60,865 bases of DNA from Spirochaetota bacterium (GTDB taxonomy: Bacteria; Spirochaetota; Spirochaetia; Treponematales; UBA12059): positions 1 through 60,865 of the forward strand of contig JAIFMD010000002.1 of NCBI GenBank assembly GCA_020048755.1, read 5' to 3'. Of this stretch, positions 31,928-41,707 are shown in pieces. Each line of letters begins with the position of its first letter. The stretch's first letter is position 1. The translations under genes were made by a program, and so were the position numbers. A model generated the notes under the pieces. It was not told the origin of the DNA, made no database searches, and saw only the letters and a program-made list of their open reading frames with translations.

Positions 31928-33486
31928 GGTTGCACTGCGGCAACCCCGTCGTGCTTTTCCTCTTTGGCTCGCTGGCATTCGTTGCTTCGTGTGGAAAGCC
32001 CGTTCGCTCATTCTCGACGCTTCTGGATGAAATTGATTCTTCCTTTGAAACTGCGACCACAGAACAGTTTGTCCAGGCTGCAAAATTGGCTAGTGGCACT
32101 GAAGAACAAATCAAGCTACTCAAACGGGCTTCTTTGCGAAGTCCGGACTTCTACGCCGATATTGCAGCCTCCTTCGCCGGAGGACGGCTCGTAGCGGAGC
32201 CTGTAGCACTTGCGATGCTGGATGCGTTCCTTTCAGCGAATAGATGTATAGAATCCTTACAGCTTTTCAATGGTTCACTCGATGCTTCAAATTGGCCCTC
32301 TGAGTTTGTGGAAACATTGATTCTGTCTTTCAGGAACGGTTGCATTCCTGCGATCACCATGGAACAGCTTGTTGCCAGTGCTGATTGTACTGGTGATAGC
32401 CGGCTCCTTGTTTATGCTTCCGTCCAGGCTATGCTGGATGGAGACAGGGCTACCGCAAGGACCCTGCTCATAGATGCCGGTCGTTTTGGGGGCAGCGATC
32501 AAGATAGCATTCCATATCAGTTGCTATGGGATGCCGGAGCAATAGATGTACTATCCCAACGAGTTGCGAATCCTGCGGATCCACTAGAGGTTGCCGTCTG
32601 TGCGGATGCCGAATACCTTGTAGGTGATCATGTTTCAGCCAGCACGTCCTGGACCTACCTTATAAATCGCTTTCCTGCATGGTCCTGGAAACCCTACGCA
32701 GCGCTTGCCCGAACAATTTCAAGCGAAACCGATTCAGCACTTCAGGATTGGCCTCACGTACCACCCGCTGATTCCTGGAGTACAGTATCTTCTTCATCTG
32801 TAATCGAAGCCAGCTTGTATTCTAGAATCGAGGAATTATTCCCTGATTCAGTTGAAGCTTCGCTGGAACGAGCACGATGGCTCCATTCCAAGAACAGGAT
32901 TGATGAAGCACGAGGCATTGCCACCAGTCTGACCGGAGAAGCCGCTGCTATTGCCACACTGGAATACGGGATTCCAGAACGATCCGTACCAGACGCGCTA
33001 CGACTCGTATCAGAATACACTTTGTCTCCTGCGGTCAACGATGTAGCACTTGAGGTTCTAGCCACAGCCAGAGCCTGGGAACGCTTCAGCGAACTAGCTG
33101 AAAATTGCAATAAAAATGGTCTGGCTACCCGCCGAAGCTGGTTCTGGCAAGCGCTGGCCATGGTTTTAGATGATGATGCATCGAACGCCGCCAGTATGTT
33201 ACGAATGTACGGACCCGGACAAGCAGGCTATGCAGGAGCGTTCAATGTAGGTATCCTTGAACTTGCTTCAAATCGTGTGGATTATGCAGCGGAAGCATTC
33301 ATGATTGCGGTTGGCTTGGCGCGGAGTTCCAGGGAAAAAGCGGCCGCCTATGTCAGGGCTGGTGATGCCCTGCAGTTGTCAAAGCTACCAGTAAAAGCTA
33401 TTTTAGCGTACGAAGCCGCGATCGGGGCTGATCCTGCTTCACGTGAAGCACGATCACGCTTGATGCGCCTGAAGTTGAATAATTAA
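31900..33486 (+). CDS. Lipoprotein with TPR-like helical repeats (hypothetical)
   Basis: Signal plus lipobox (VVLFLFGSLAFVASC). The C-terminal AYVRAGDALQLSKLPVKAILAYEAAIGADP is TPR-like. Overlaps the nusB end by 28 nt. Confidence 0.6.
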   Translation: MERAPLRKLRLHCGNPVVLFLFGSLAFVASCGKPVRSFSTLLDEIDSSFETATTEQFVQAAKLASGTEEQIKLLKRASLRSPDFYADIAASFAGGRLVAEPVALAMLDAFLSANRCIESLQLFNGSLDASNWPSEFVETLILSFRNGCIPAITMEQLVASADCTGDSRLLVYASVQAMLDGDRATARTLLIDAGRFGGSDQDSIPYQLLWDAGAIDVLSQRVANPADPLEVAVCADAEYLVGDHVSASTSWTYLINRFPAWSWKPYAALARTISSETDSALQDWPHVPPADSWSTVSSSSVIEASLYSRIEELFPDSVEASLERARWLHSKNRIDEARGIATSLTGEAAAIATLEYGIPERSVPDALRLVSEYTLSPAVNDVALEVLATARAWERFSELAENCNKNGLATRRSWFWQALAMVLDDDASNAASMLRMYGPGQAGYAGAFNVGILELASNRVDYAAEAFMIAVGLARSSREKAAAYVRAGDALQLSKLPVKAILAYEAAIGADPASREARSRLMRLKLNN

Positions 33487-33543
33487 TGCGATCGCAGGTG
33501 CGCGGTTAAGGACAGGGGGCATCAAGCCCGGAAAGGCTCAATT

Positions 33544-34302
33544 TTGATTCGCTTGAAAAATGAAAACCAGATGGCAGGAATCCGTGCTTCATGTGCTCTC
33601 CTGTCTAGTTTGTATGCGGAACTACGGCCAATGATAGTTGCGGGAATAACTACCGGAGAACTCGATAGTTTCGCGGAACGCTTCATTCTTGACAATGGTG
33701 GAAAACCTGCGTTTCTACATTACGGAGACAAGTCAAATCCTTTCCCCGCTACGCTTTGCATCTCGATAAATGAAGAGGTCATTCATGGCATACCCGGAAA
33801 GCGCAGGATTCAGCCCGGAGATGTTGTTGGTATAGACAGCGGAATAGATTTAGGCGGTTATTTCAGTGATGCTGCTTTTACCGTTGCAGTTTCTCCGGTG
33901 TCTCCAGAGACTGAAAAATTACTCCGTGTCACTCAGGAATGTCTCGTACGGGCAATAGCCGCCGTCAAACCAGGAGCTCGCATACATGATGTGTCGAGAG
34001 CCGTATTCTCTCATGCCAGAGCCAATGGCTATGGAGTAGTACGGCAGTATTGTGGCCATGGCGTGGGATTTTCTCAACATGAAGATCCACAGGTACCCAA
34101 TTATGTAGGCTCAGGCCCTAATCCAAGAATGGTCCCCGGTATGGTGCTTGCCATAGAGCCAATGATCAATGCTGGTGGAGATGGAGTCGGCGAGTTAGCT
34201 GACGGGTGGACCATCGTGACTCTTGATGGCTCAAGGTCAGCCCATTTCGAGCATACGGTTGCTGTGACCTCAACCGGTGCTGAAGTGATGACTGCCTGGT
34301 AA
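33544..34302 (+). CDS. map: Type I methionine aminopeptidase
   Basis: IHGIP, D..D metal-ligand context (VGIDSG), CGHGVG, EPM, and FEHTV. TTG start. Confidence 0.92.
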   Translation: MIRLKNENQMAGIRASCALLSSLYAELRPMIVAGITTGELDSFAERFILDNGGKPAFLHYGDKSNPFPATLCISINEEVIHGIPGKRRIQPGDVVGIDSGIDLGGYFSDAAFTVAVSPVSPETEKLLRVTQECLVRAIAAVKPGARIHDVSRAVFSHARANGYGVVRQYCGHGVGFSQHEDPQVPNYVGSGPNPRMVPGMVLAIEPMINAGGDGVGELADGWTIVTLDGSRSAHFEHTVAVTSTGAEVMTAW

Positions 34303-34342
34303 TCTGAAAAAACATACATGCGACGTAACCGTCCGGCTTCTT

Positions 34343-34351
34343 TGGTATTAT
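34343..34351 (+). promoter_or_regulatory. Extended -10 element (TGgTATTAT) upstream of htrA
   Basis: ctttGGTATTATattgataca shares 16 of 17 nt with the gap promoter core. Confidence 0.35.
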
Positions 34352-34413
34352 ATTGATACAGCGAGGCTATATAGGTCTCCTGCATTCGTTTTCAGCATCC
34401 GGAGGTTACATAT

Positions 34414-35925
34414 ATGTCGTTGATAAAGCATCTGTATTCAAAAAAAATATTTCTAATCAACCTGGTACTAGTAGGAATACTAATTGGCTTTGCTGCAGCT
34501 TTTTCCATTCTTGCACGAGTTCCCCTGTCTGATGGATCGTCAATCGCTCATGCAGAGTCGGCCCCAATGCTCTCCGTCGATGAGGCAGGCGCAGTATTGC
34601 AAGCCAAGGCAATACAGTCCGCATTCAATCAGGTGTCTCGCTCGGTATTGCCTTCAGTCGTAGAACTTGATGTACTCGGCACATCAACCATCAATGGTGG
34701 CGAAGAGTTTCCCTGGAGGTTTTTCTTTGGAGACCCGGAAACAGCGCCCGATGAGAAAAGTGTGCCTGAGGAATTTGAAGAACGTGGGTTGGGTTCCGGC
34801 ATCATCGTGCGCAAGGATGGAAAGAAAATATACATCCTGACCAATAATCACGTCGTTTCAGGTGCTAAGGAAATTACCATAAAACTCCATGACGAGAGGG
34901 AGTTCAAGGGTACCGTTGTAGGCACCGATGCCAGACGCGATCTGGCAGTCGTTTCCTTCGAGAGTGCAGATGCGGATATTCGTCCCGCGAGACTCGGTAA
35001 CTCCGATGCCATCGAGGTAGGTGATTGGGCTATAGCTATCGGTAGCCCCTTCGGTTTGTTTTCATCCGTCACCGTTGGTGTCGTCAGTGCAATAGGCCGG
35101 GACGGAGGGCCTGAGGGCAATATAAGTGACTTTATACAGACAGACGCATCGATCAACAGAGGTAATTCGGGTGGTGCTCTTGCAAATATCGATGGCGAGG
35201 TCATTGGTATCAATACCTGGATAGCATCAACTACTGGTGGTAGTGTAGGTCTGGGATTTTCAATCCCCATCAACAATGCTGTGCGCGTAATTGAGGATAT
35301 CATCTCAAAGGGTTCCGTACGGTATGGATGGCTTGGGGTGCTCTTGTCGGATCTCCCTAAAACCACCCTTGGTGAACTTGGCTTTGGTGATAAACGTGGC
35401 GCTTTCATCGGTCATGTGTTTACCGATGGTCCAGCCGCGAAGAGTGGACTCAAACCAGGTGATTTTGTTACAGAAATCGATGGCAAGCCAATTGCATCGC
35501 TCGATCAACTTGTCCGCATCGTCGGTGATCTATCTGTAGGTTCGAGGTCAACTTTCAAACTGTTGCGGGATTCAAAGCAGGTGGAACTAAAAGTTACCAT
35601 TGAAGAGCGCAAGGAAACGAGCGCGGCGGATTATTCCCGACTATGGCCAGGGCTAGAAGTAACATCCCTGAATCCGGATCTGATTGAAAAGGGGAAATTG
35701 CCTAAGGGTACCAAGGGCCTCGTTGTTACAAGCGTCATCGCCAAAAGTCCTGCTGCCGCCCTTGGTCTCAAGCTCGGAGATGTACTGACTGGCATGAATG
35801 AAATCGAGATCGATAGTTTAGTGCAGTACTACCGTATCCTGAATGACCCCAGATCCTCCAAGTTCCAGTTCACTGTACTGCGTGACGGGCAAACGCTGAC
35901 GACACTTGCGCTCATACGCAAGTAA
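34414..35925 (+). CDS. htrA: HtrA/DegP/DegQ-family serine endopeptidase with two PDZ domains
   Basis: Triad contexts TNNHVV, RDLAVV and GNSGGAL, then two PDZ-like regions. GGAGG SD. Confidence 0.92.
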   Translation: MSLIKHLYSKKIFLINLVLVGILIGFAAAFSILARVPLSDGSSIAHAESAPMLSVDEAGAVLQAKAIQSAFNQVSRSVLPSVVELDVLGTSTINGGEEFPWRFFFGDPETAPDEKSVPEEFEERGLGSGIIVRKDGKKIYILTNNHVVSGAKEITIKLHDEREFKGTVVGTDARRDLAVVSFESADADIRPARLGNSDAIEVGDWAIAIGSPFGLFSSVTVGVVSAIGRDGGPEGNISDFIQTDASINRGNSGGALANIDGEVIGINTWIASTTGGSVGLGFSIPINNAVRVIEDIISKGSVRYGWLGVLLSDLPKTTLGELGFGDKRGAFIGHVFTDGPAAKSGLKPGDFVTEIDGKPIASLDQLVRIVGDLSVGSRSTFKLLRDSKQVELKVTIEERKETSAADYSRLWPGLEVTSLNPDLIEKGKLPKGTKGLVVTSVIAKSPAAALGLKLGDVLTGMNEIEIDSLVQYYRILNDPRSSKFQFTVLRDGQTLTTLALIRK

Positions 35926-35955
35926 TGTTACAGTAAAGAACAAAGCGAGGTTCTG

Positions 35956-36561
35956 ATGAGCAAGGAATTCATATCGTACAATGAGGTTCGGAATAATGCC
36001 CTCAAACTTGCACATCGCATTCATCTTGACGGATTTGTACCCGACATCATCTATGTCTCGTTGCGGGGCGGAGCCTACCTCGGCAACGTCATGTCTGAAT
36101 ATTTCAAAGTAGTCAGGCATGATGCGCGCCCTATTTTCTATGCTGCCGTTGTTGCTCGATCCTACACAGATGTTCGTAAACAGGAACAGGTTCGTGTCGA
36201 TGGCTGGACCTATAGTCCCGAGTATCTAAGAAATGGCGATAAGGTACTGCTGGTAGACGATATATATGATACGGGTCGTACCATTCACCATCTTGCAAGC
36301 GTAATCCTTGAAAAAGGTGTACCTCGCAAGGATCTTAAAATAGCTGTACACGATTACAAGATCGTCGACTACCGTGGTGAGCAACCTGCAATCAAACCCG
36401 ACTACTGGTGTCGGCTCCATGAGATCAAGACAGCTGAAGATGAGTGCTGGATTCATTATATGAGCCATGAACTGGTAGGGCTGTCTGAAGAAGAACTCAA
36501 GGAACATTATTATCCTGAGGATCCTGAATTGCAGGAAATCCTCGCGGTCCTCAAGGGCTGA
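35956..36561 (+). CDS. Phosphoribosyltransferase-family protein (purine PRT-like)
   Basis: PRPP-binding motif VLLVDDIYDTGRT. Confidence 0.75.
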   Translation: MSKEFISYNEVRNNALKLAHRIHLDGFVPDIIYVSLRGGAYLGNVMSEYFKVVRHDARPIFYAAVVARSYTDVRKQEQVRVDGWTYSPEYLRNGDKVLLVDDIYDTGRTIHHLASVILEKGVPRKDLKIAVHDYKIVDYRGEQPAIKPDYWCRLHEIKTAEDECWIHYMSHELVGLSEEELKEHYYPEDPELQEILAVLKG

Positions 36562-39500
36562 TGATTGATTCAAGATTCATGACTGTGTGTGCGGTCGCCA
36601 TTCTGGTGACCGCCTTTTGTTATGCAGAACCTTCTGGCCCGTCCTTGTCGATGGAGCCGTTACCAGGGGTGATCGCACCACCGGAGGGTACTTACTCAGA
36701 ACCTCAGGTTCTGATACCTGCAACATTTTCTCCCGGGTTTGTGGCGCGGTATCGATTTGTTGGTCATGAATCCTGGATTCCTTTTGATCGTCCCCTGTAT
36801 CTGAGTGCTTTCGTTGGTGAAGAACGAACATATAGCATTGAATTCCAATCTTCAGACACTACAAGCACATCAATACTCACGTATACTATTGATGTTCGAC
36901 CTCCCGAACCTCCTGTATTCACTCCATTACCCGGAGACATTGAAGGCTCATTGAATCTTCACGTTGAAGGTGCAGGCAATCTGTTTATCAGTATTGACGG
37001 TGCACCATTTGTTCCATATCCAGCTTCCAGCCAACCTAGTTTCAACGCGGAAAAAGATGCAACTCGTACAGTCAGCGCAACTGCATTTGCTGTCGATTCT
37101 GCAGGTAATACATCGCAGTTCAGTTCCTCTCGATGGCGCGTGCATCCAGCCGGACTGACACCTTCATTCCCGTTTACCCCTGAATTAGACCGTCCAGCTT
37201 TAAATAAAATAGAAAAAGACGCTGAGGTAAGCTCTGAATTGACTGATATGATAGGTTCTGCCAGATTTACCATCAGAGTACCAGATGGAACTGTTCCATG
37301 CCTGGCTGTAAACGCGTCCGATCCTTTCATGTCTGTTGCATCGTATGCGGAACTTTCAGGTACTTCAACAGCTTCGTGTTTAATACCGTTTCCATGGGGT
37401 GATGAAACTGAAATTGTCGTTCATTATGGGTACAAACGGAATGAAGAACGATTCATTGTTTCGGTACCCGTCCGGTTGAATCCTCGATTTCCTGTTGAGC
37501 AAGCAACGGGCACACTATCCAGCCCTGTCGCGCCTTTGATAAGGATAGAAGAATCATCTGCGTTCATCGCCTGGCCGTCTACCCCATGGACTACGTTGTT
37601 TTCTATTGGCTCGGAGGAATTCTCCACATACCAACAACCGATACGTATTGAATTGGGAAGTACTCCAAAGTCCCTTCAATATTACATGCTCGACCAGACT
37701 GGTGCCCGATCATCTACCGGGAATACCGAATTACCTTCCAGACATACAGCTGCTATTCCCTTATTAGCTGGTATTGAAAACGGCAAAACCTATGGAGCTA
37801 CTGTACTCGCAGTACCCCGGAACTCTACAAAACTCAGGTATGAGTTGGCAGAAGGCAACAACCCTGCTTCAGCAATCACTTCAGATAGTCCTGTTCTGGC
37901 TCTGGGTGGCCTTCGTTTTGAGGGTAAGCCAGGAAGTGTCATCCGCTATCAGCTCAGGGTTGTGGCAGAACCATCCGTACAACCCGAAGGCATGATCGCG
38001 TCAGTGGTTCAGGAACGCTTTTTCAGCTTCACCGTAGATCGCGAACCGCCACAGATTCCTGAGGCCATGAAAGGCCTTAGAAGCTTTTCCTCGTCAGATT
38101 CTGTACTATCATTCAAACCGCAATCAGGCACAATACTCGTGTCAATTTCAGAAGATGGCCAGGGCCCATATCAGCGATATGACGGACCTGTGGCAATCAA
38201 CGGATCCGACGAAGGCCGTAAGCGTTTTGTAATCCGGGCTTATGCTGAAGATGAATTTGGAAACCGCTCGGATGAAATGCCCCGAATGGAAATCATGATC
38301 GATCGATCTTCCATGTATGTAGATTCCAGAGGTAGACCGGGAGCGTCGGGAGCACCCGACGATCCAATTCCGTATCTTGATGATGCGATAGAAGCTGCCC
38401 AGACGGCAGGCAAGCGTTTCATGTATATCCGTGGTACAGTGGCACTCAGGAAGACTGTTGTAATAACCCGACCGGTAAGCATTATTGGAGGATTCGATGC
38501 TGACTGGAATGACGGATCAAATCCTGCCTTTGTCAAAGTTGCTATTGCCCCTTCATCATCTACCTGGGCGTTCGTAGTTGATGGAGGTTCCCTTTCATTC
38601 TCGAAAATTTCCATCTCAATGAATGCTCAGGGATCTGGTGGTCTTGTTTTCTCTCGTTCTGGACCCGTTAATGTATCCAGTTCAACGATAAGACTATCGG
38701 GTGGCATAGATATATCAGTCCTCAAGTCAACCAGCAGTGCCATTGTACTTGATACTTCCTCCATAGAACTTTCCGACAGCATTACTGCTCGTGGCATTGA
38801 AATTGGGGGAGCAAGTTTAAAACTAACCAACTGCACCATACAATGCAAAACTACGGTCAAGCTTTTCGATGCCATCCGGATAAGCAATGCTGATGCTTCG
38901 ATTACAGGCCTCAAGCTGGAAGCGGCACCTTCACAGGCCTTGTCAGGCATCAGTGCCAACCATACAACTGCAAACATTGAAAGCGCAGTCATTTCCATAG
39001 CAGGTGGCACATCGTCATGCAGGATTTTTAGTGCTACTGATTCCCGTCTGACTGTGTCATCAGTATATATTGATTCTGCCTGGCAAGGTTCTACTGAAAC
39101 GTTCAGTGTACTCAACGACTCTACGCTTAAAGTGGCCCATGTGACAGCACTGGTCGATGGACCAAGAGCTGTTTTTGTAAATTCCCAAGGATCTAATTTG
39201 TTGATTTTCAATACAATTGCGTCATTCCCGGGAATTTCTTCCATCTTTATCCGAAGCGACACTGTACCAATGGTGGGGTCTGTAAGTGCCAACAGTTTGT
39301 GGGGTTTTTCACAATACATGGATGGGAAATTTCGTATTCAGGCACTTACAGATTTCAATCAGTTAATAAACCCTGCCAAGTTGAATTTTTCTGAGGATCC
39401 CTCACGAATGTTTGCCGGTTCAATCAAGGGTTTGTACAGACTCTCTAAAACTTCAGCCTGTTTTAATGGCGGGGATCCTGTTGACTGGGCATCCAGTCTG

Positions 39501-39569
39501 GATTTGCTTGGGAAACAACGCATTTCAGCTGAGAATCGAATACCAGATATAGGTGCAGAGGAACTGTAG
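36561..39569 (+). CDS. Large secreted protein: N-terminal Ig/Fn3-like modules plus right-handed parallel beta-helix region ending in a DIGAEE motif
   Basis: Signal peptide (AILVTAFCYA-EP). Repetitive S/T/I-rich beta-helix-like segment (about aa 620-900). The C-terminal ...RIPDIGAEEL resembles the DIGAYE ending of beta-helix surface proteins. TGATG overlap with the upstream gene. Confidence 0.65.
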   Translation: MIDSRFMTVCAVAILVTAFCYAEPSGPSLSMEPLPGVIAPPEGTYSEPQVLIPATFSPGFVARYRFVGHESWIPFDRPLYLSAFVGEERTYSIEFQSSDTTSTSILTYTIDVRPPEPPVFTPLPGDIEGSLNLHVEGAGNLFISIDGAPFVPYPASSQPSFNAEKDATRTVSATAFAVDSAGNTSQFSSSRWRVHPAGLTPSFPFTPELDRPALNKIEKDAEVSSELTDMIGSARFTIRVPDGTVPCLAVNASDPFMSVASYAELSGTSTASCLIPFPWGDETEIVVHYGYKRNEERFIVSVPVRLNPRFPVEQATGTLSSPVAPLIRIEESSAFIAWPSTPWTTLFSIGSEEFSTYQQPIRIELGSTPKSLQYYMLDQTGARSSTGNTELPSRHTAAIPLLAGIENGKTYGATVLAVPRNSTKLRYELAEGNNPASAITSDSPVLALGGLRFEGKPGSVIRYQLRVVAEPSVQPEGMIASVVQERFFSFTVDREPPQIPEAMKGLRSFSSSDSVLSFKPQSGTILVSISEDGQGPYQRYDGPVAINGSDEGRKRFVIRAYAEDEFGNRSDEMPRMEIMIDRSSMYVDSRGRPGASGAPDDPIPYLDDAIEAAQTAGKRFMYIRGTVALRKTVVITRPVSIIGGFDADWNDGSNPAFVKVAIAPSSSTWAFVVDGGSLSFSKISISMNAQGSGGLVFSRSGPVNVSSSTIRLSGGIDISVLKSTSSAIVLDTSSIELSDSITARGIEIGGASLKLTNCTIQCKTTVKLFDAIRISNADASITGLKLEAAPSQALSGISANHTTANIESAVISIAGGTSSCRIFSATDSRLTVSSVYIDSAWQGSTETFSVLNDSTLKVAHVTALVDGPRAVFVNSQGSNLLIFNTIASFPGISSIFIRSDTVPMVGSVSANSLWGFSQYMDGKFRIQALTDFNQLINPAKLNFSEDPSRMFAGSIKGLYRLSKTSACFNGGDPVDWASSLDLLGKQRISAENRIPDIGAEEL

Positions 39570-39579
39570 CCCTGCTATA

Positions 39580-40263
39580 TCATTGCTCTTCAGAAGCAGC
39601 GTAAGCGTGTATCAATTGTAGCGGTGCTGCTGCCAGGAATTCTGAATCAACTACGTGCCCCCCGCATATACCTCTGGATGCGAAAAGTGAAGCTTCGTGT
39701 TCGTCCGCACCATAATCTGCCTGCCCATCTTCTACATGCACTACTAAAAATCCCCGTTCAGATGCATCTCGGGCAGTCGTATCGACACACTGGCTAGTAG
39801 CAAGACCCGTCATGACAACCGCACCGACGCCCAGGGACCTCAGCGTCTGTTCAAGAAGCGGTGTTGAAAAGCCTGAATAGCTGGATTTATTGATGATGAT
39901 ATCATTCTTGCCCGGTGCGATCTCTGATGCTACATCCGACCAGGGATCGCTGGCTAAAGGATAGCAGTCTTTGAACCCGGCCGCGCTGGCAGTAGACCAA
40001 AACGTTTTGAAAAAACGGTGAAGGTCGGATCGATCAGGATTTGTGGCGCACAGTCGTAAATAAACGGTAGGCCAGCCAATAGTACTAAATGCTGATTTAA
40101 GCCTTTTTACGGCCGGGAAAACCGATTTTCTGACTCGATCTCCTATGTACGTCATGCAACCTGGCCAACATAGTTCAGAGTATCCATAAAATGCTGACCC
40201 GGGCTCCAGGTAGTATCGTTGCACATCGACAACAACCAGTGCGGCCGTAATATTCCGAGGCAT
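39580..40263 (-). CDS. Isochorismatase-family cysteine hydrolase
   Basis: ALVVVDVQ, and VVMTGLATSQCVDTTARDA (catalytic Cys context). AGGAGG lies 8 nt upstream of ATG 40263. The track's GTG 40296 is probably over-extended. Confidence 0.8.
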   Translation of the reverse strand: MPRNITAALVVVDVQRYYLEPGSAFYGYSELCWPGCMTYIGDRVRKSVFPAVKRLKSAFSTIGWPTVYLRLCATNPDRSDLHRFFKTFWSTASAAGFKDCYPLASDPWSDVASEIAPGKNDIIINKSSYSGFSTPLLEQTLRSLGVGAVVMTGLATSQCVDTTARDASERGFLVVHVEDGQADYGADEHEASLFASRGICGGHVVDSEFLAAAPLQLIHAYAASEEQ

Positions 40264-40302
40264 GACGATTTCCTCCTGGTAGCCCGAGATGCCCACCCTT
40301 AT

Positions 40303-41574
40303 TTAAATTATGCTGCCTGGTTCGATTATTCCGTTTTTGGGTATGATGATGATTCCGTCTACTATGTAATATGATCCGTATTCACCATCGGGTCTTTCCC
40401 GTTGATCGATGCCAATACGGCAATCCGCACCTATACGCGCGTTCTTGTCAATTATTGCGCCTTTGATGATTGAACCACTACCTATTCCGATATTAGGTAT
40501 ATGGTTTTCTGTGTTTTTTAGCTTTTGAGCCTCAGTCTCATAATAATCCGAGCCCATGCAGACAACACCCGAGAAACTTGCACCAGCCTCGATGATGGTA
40601 CGGATTCCTACAATGGAATTGGAAATCGAAGCATTCGTGATTATACAACCATCAGAAGTTATGGCCTGGTTAAGGGTGCTGTAATTGATTTTTGATGCTG
40701 GAAGGTTACGTCGATGTGTGAAAATCGGGCTGGTCTCATCGTAAAAATTAAATTCAGGTGATATAGAAGTCAAGTTGAGATTTGCCTCGTAGAAGCTTTT
40801 GATTGTTCCTATATCTTCCCAGTAGCCATCGAATATATAGGCATTGATATCGTGCTTTTTCAGGATGTTCGGTATGATTTCCTTGCCGAAATCATTTTCA
40901 TCGTTGGCAAGACTTTCTTCCATGAGACTCGCATTGAAGATGTAGATTCCCATGGATGCCAGGTATTCCTTGGAACCTCGGCGGTCCTTCATCAGTTCTT
41001 TGGGGACTTTATAGTCTGAAATATCCTTTGTAGCGCCAGGTTTTTCCTGGAATTCTACGATTTTACTATTTTCATCTACTTTCATGATGCCAAAATCGCT
41101 GGCATCTTCTCTGGTAACGGTAGTACAGGCGATAGTCAGAGCGCGGCCTGATTCCAGATGCTTGTGGAACATGTCGGCAAGATCCATCCTGTACAGCTGG
41201 TCTCCCGAAACGATAAGGTAATGAGTGGGATTCTGTGGCCTGAAATGTACCAGATTTTTTCTGACAGCATCTGCCGTACCTTCATACCAGCCGGAATGGG
41301 TAAGTGTCTGCTCGGCTGCCAACACCTCTGCAAATCCGTCCGAGAAGGTATCGAATACATACGTTCGGGCGATATGTAGATGCAATGAAGCTGAATTGAA
41401 CTGAGTAAGGATATAAATTTGCTTGAAACCCGAATTTATGCAGTTGGAGATAGGAATATCTACAATTCTGTAACGACCACCAAAAGGTACCGCTGGTTTT
41501 GCCCTGTCTTTTGTCAAAGGAAAAAGTCTCGAACCTTTACCTCCACCGAGGACTATTGATAAGACCTTGTTCAT
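40303..41574 (-). CDS. glgC: Glucose-1-phosphate adenylyltransferase
   Basis: VLGGGKGSRLFPLTKDRAKPAVPFGGRYRIVDIPISNC, and a left-handed beta-helix C-terminus. GGAGGT precedes ATG 41574. Confidence 0.95.
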   Translation of the reverse strand: MNKVLSIVLGGGKGSRLFPLTKDRAKPAVPFGGRYRIVDIPISNCINSGFKQIYILTQFNSASLHLHIARTYVFDTFSDGFAEVLAAEQTLTHSGWYEGTADAVRKNLVHFRPQNPTHYLIVSGDQLYRMDLADMFHKHLESGRALTIACTTVTREDASDFGIMKVDENSKIVEFQEKPGATKDISDYKVPKELMKDRRGSKEYLASMGIYIFNASLMEESLANDENDFGKEIIPNILKKHDINAYIFDGYWEDIGTIKSFYEANLNLTSISPEFNFYDETSPIFTHRRNLPASKINYSTLNQAITSDGCIITNASISNSIVGIRTIIEAGASFSGVVCMGSDYYETEAQKLKNTENHIPNIGIGSGSIIKGAIIDKNARIGADCRIGIDQRERPDGEYGSYYIVDGIIIIPKNGIIEPGSII

Positions 41575-41707
41575 CGTTACCTCCAATAATAAAATCTATT
41601 GACCGATTATATCACGACTGTCTCGTACGCAATCACTCATTCGAAGCATGTTCATCCGTTAAAACAAGATTTACCAATCGCCTCGTTTGCCGTATCATAC
41701 TATAGCC

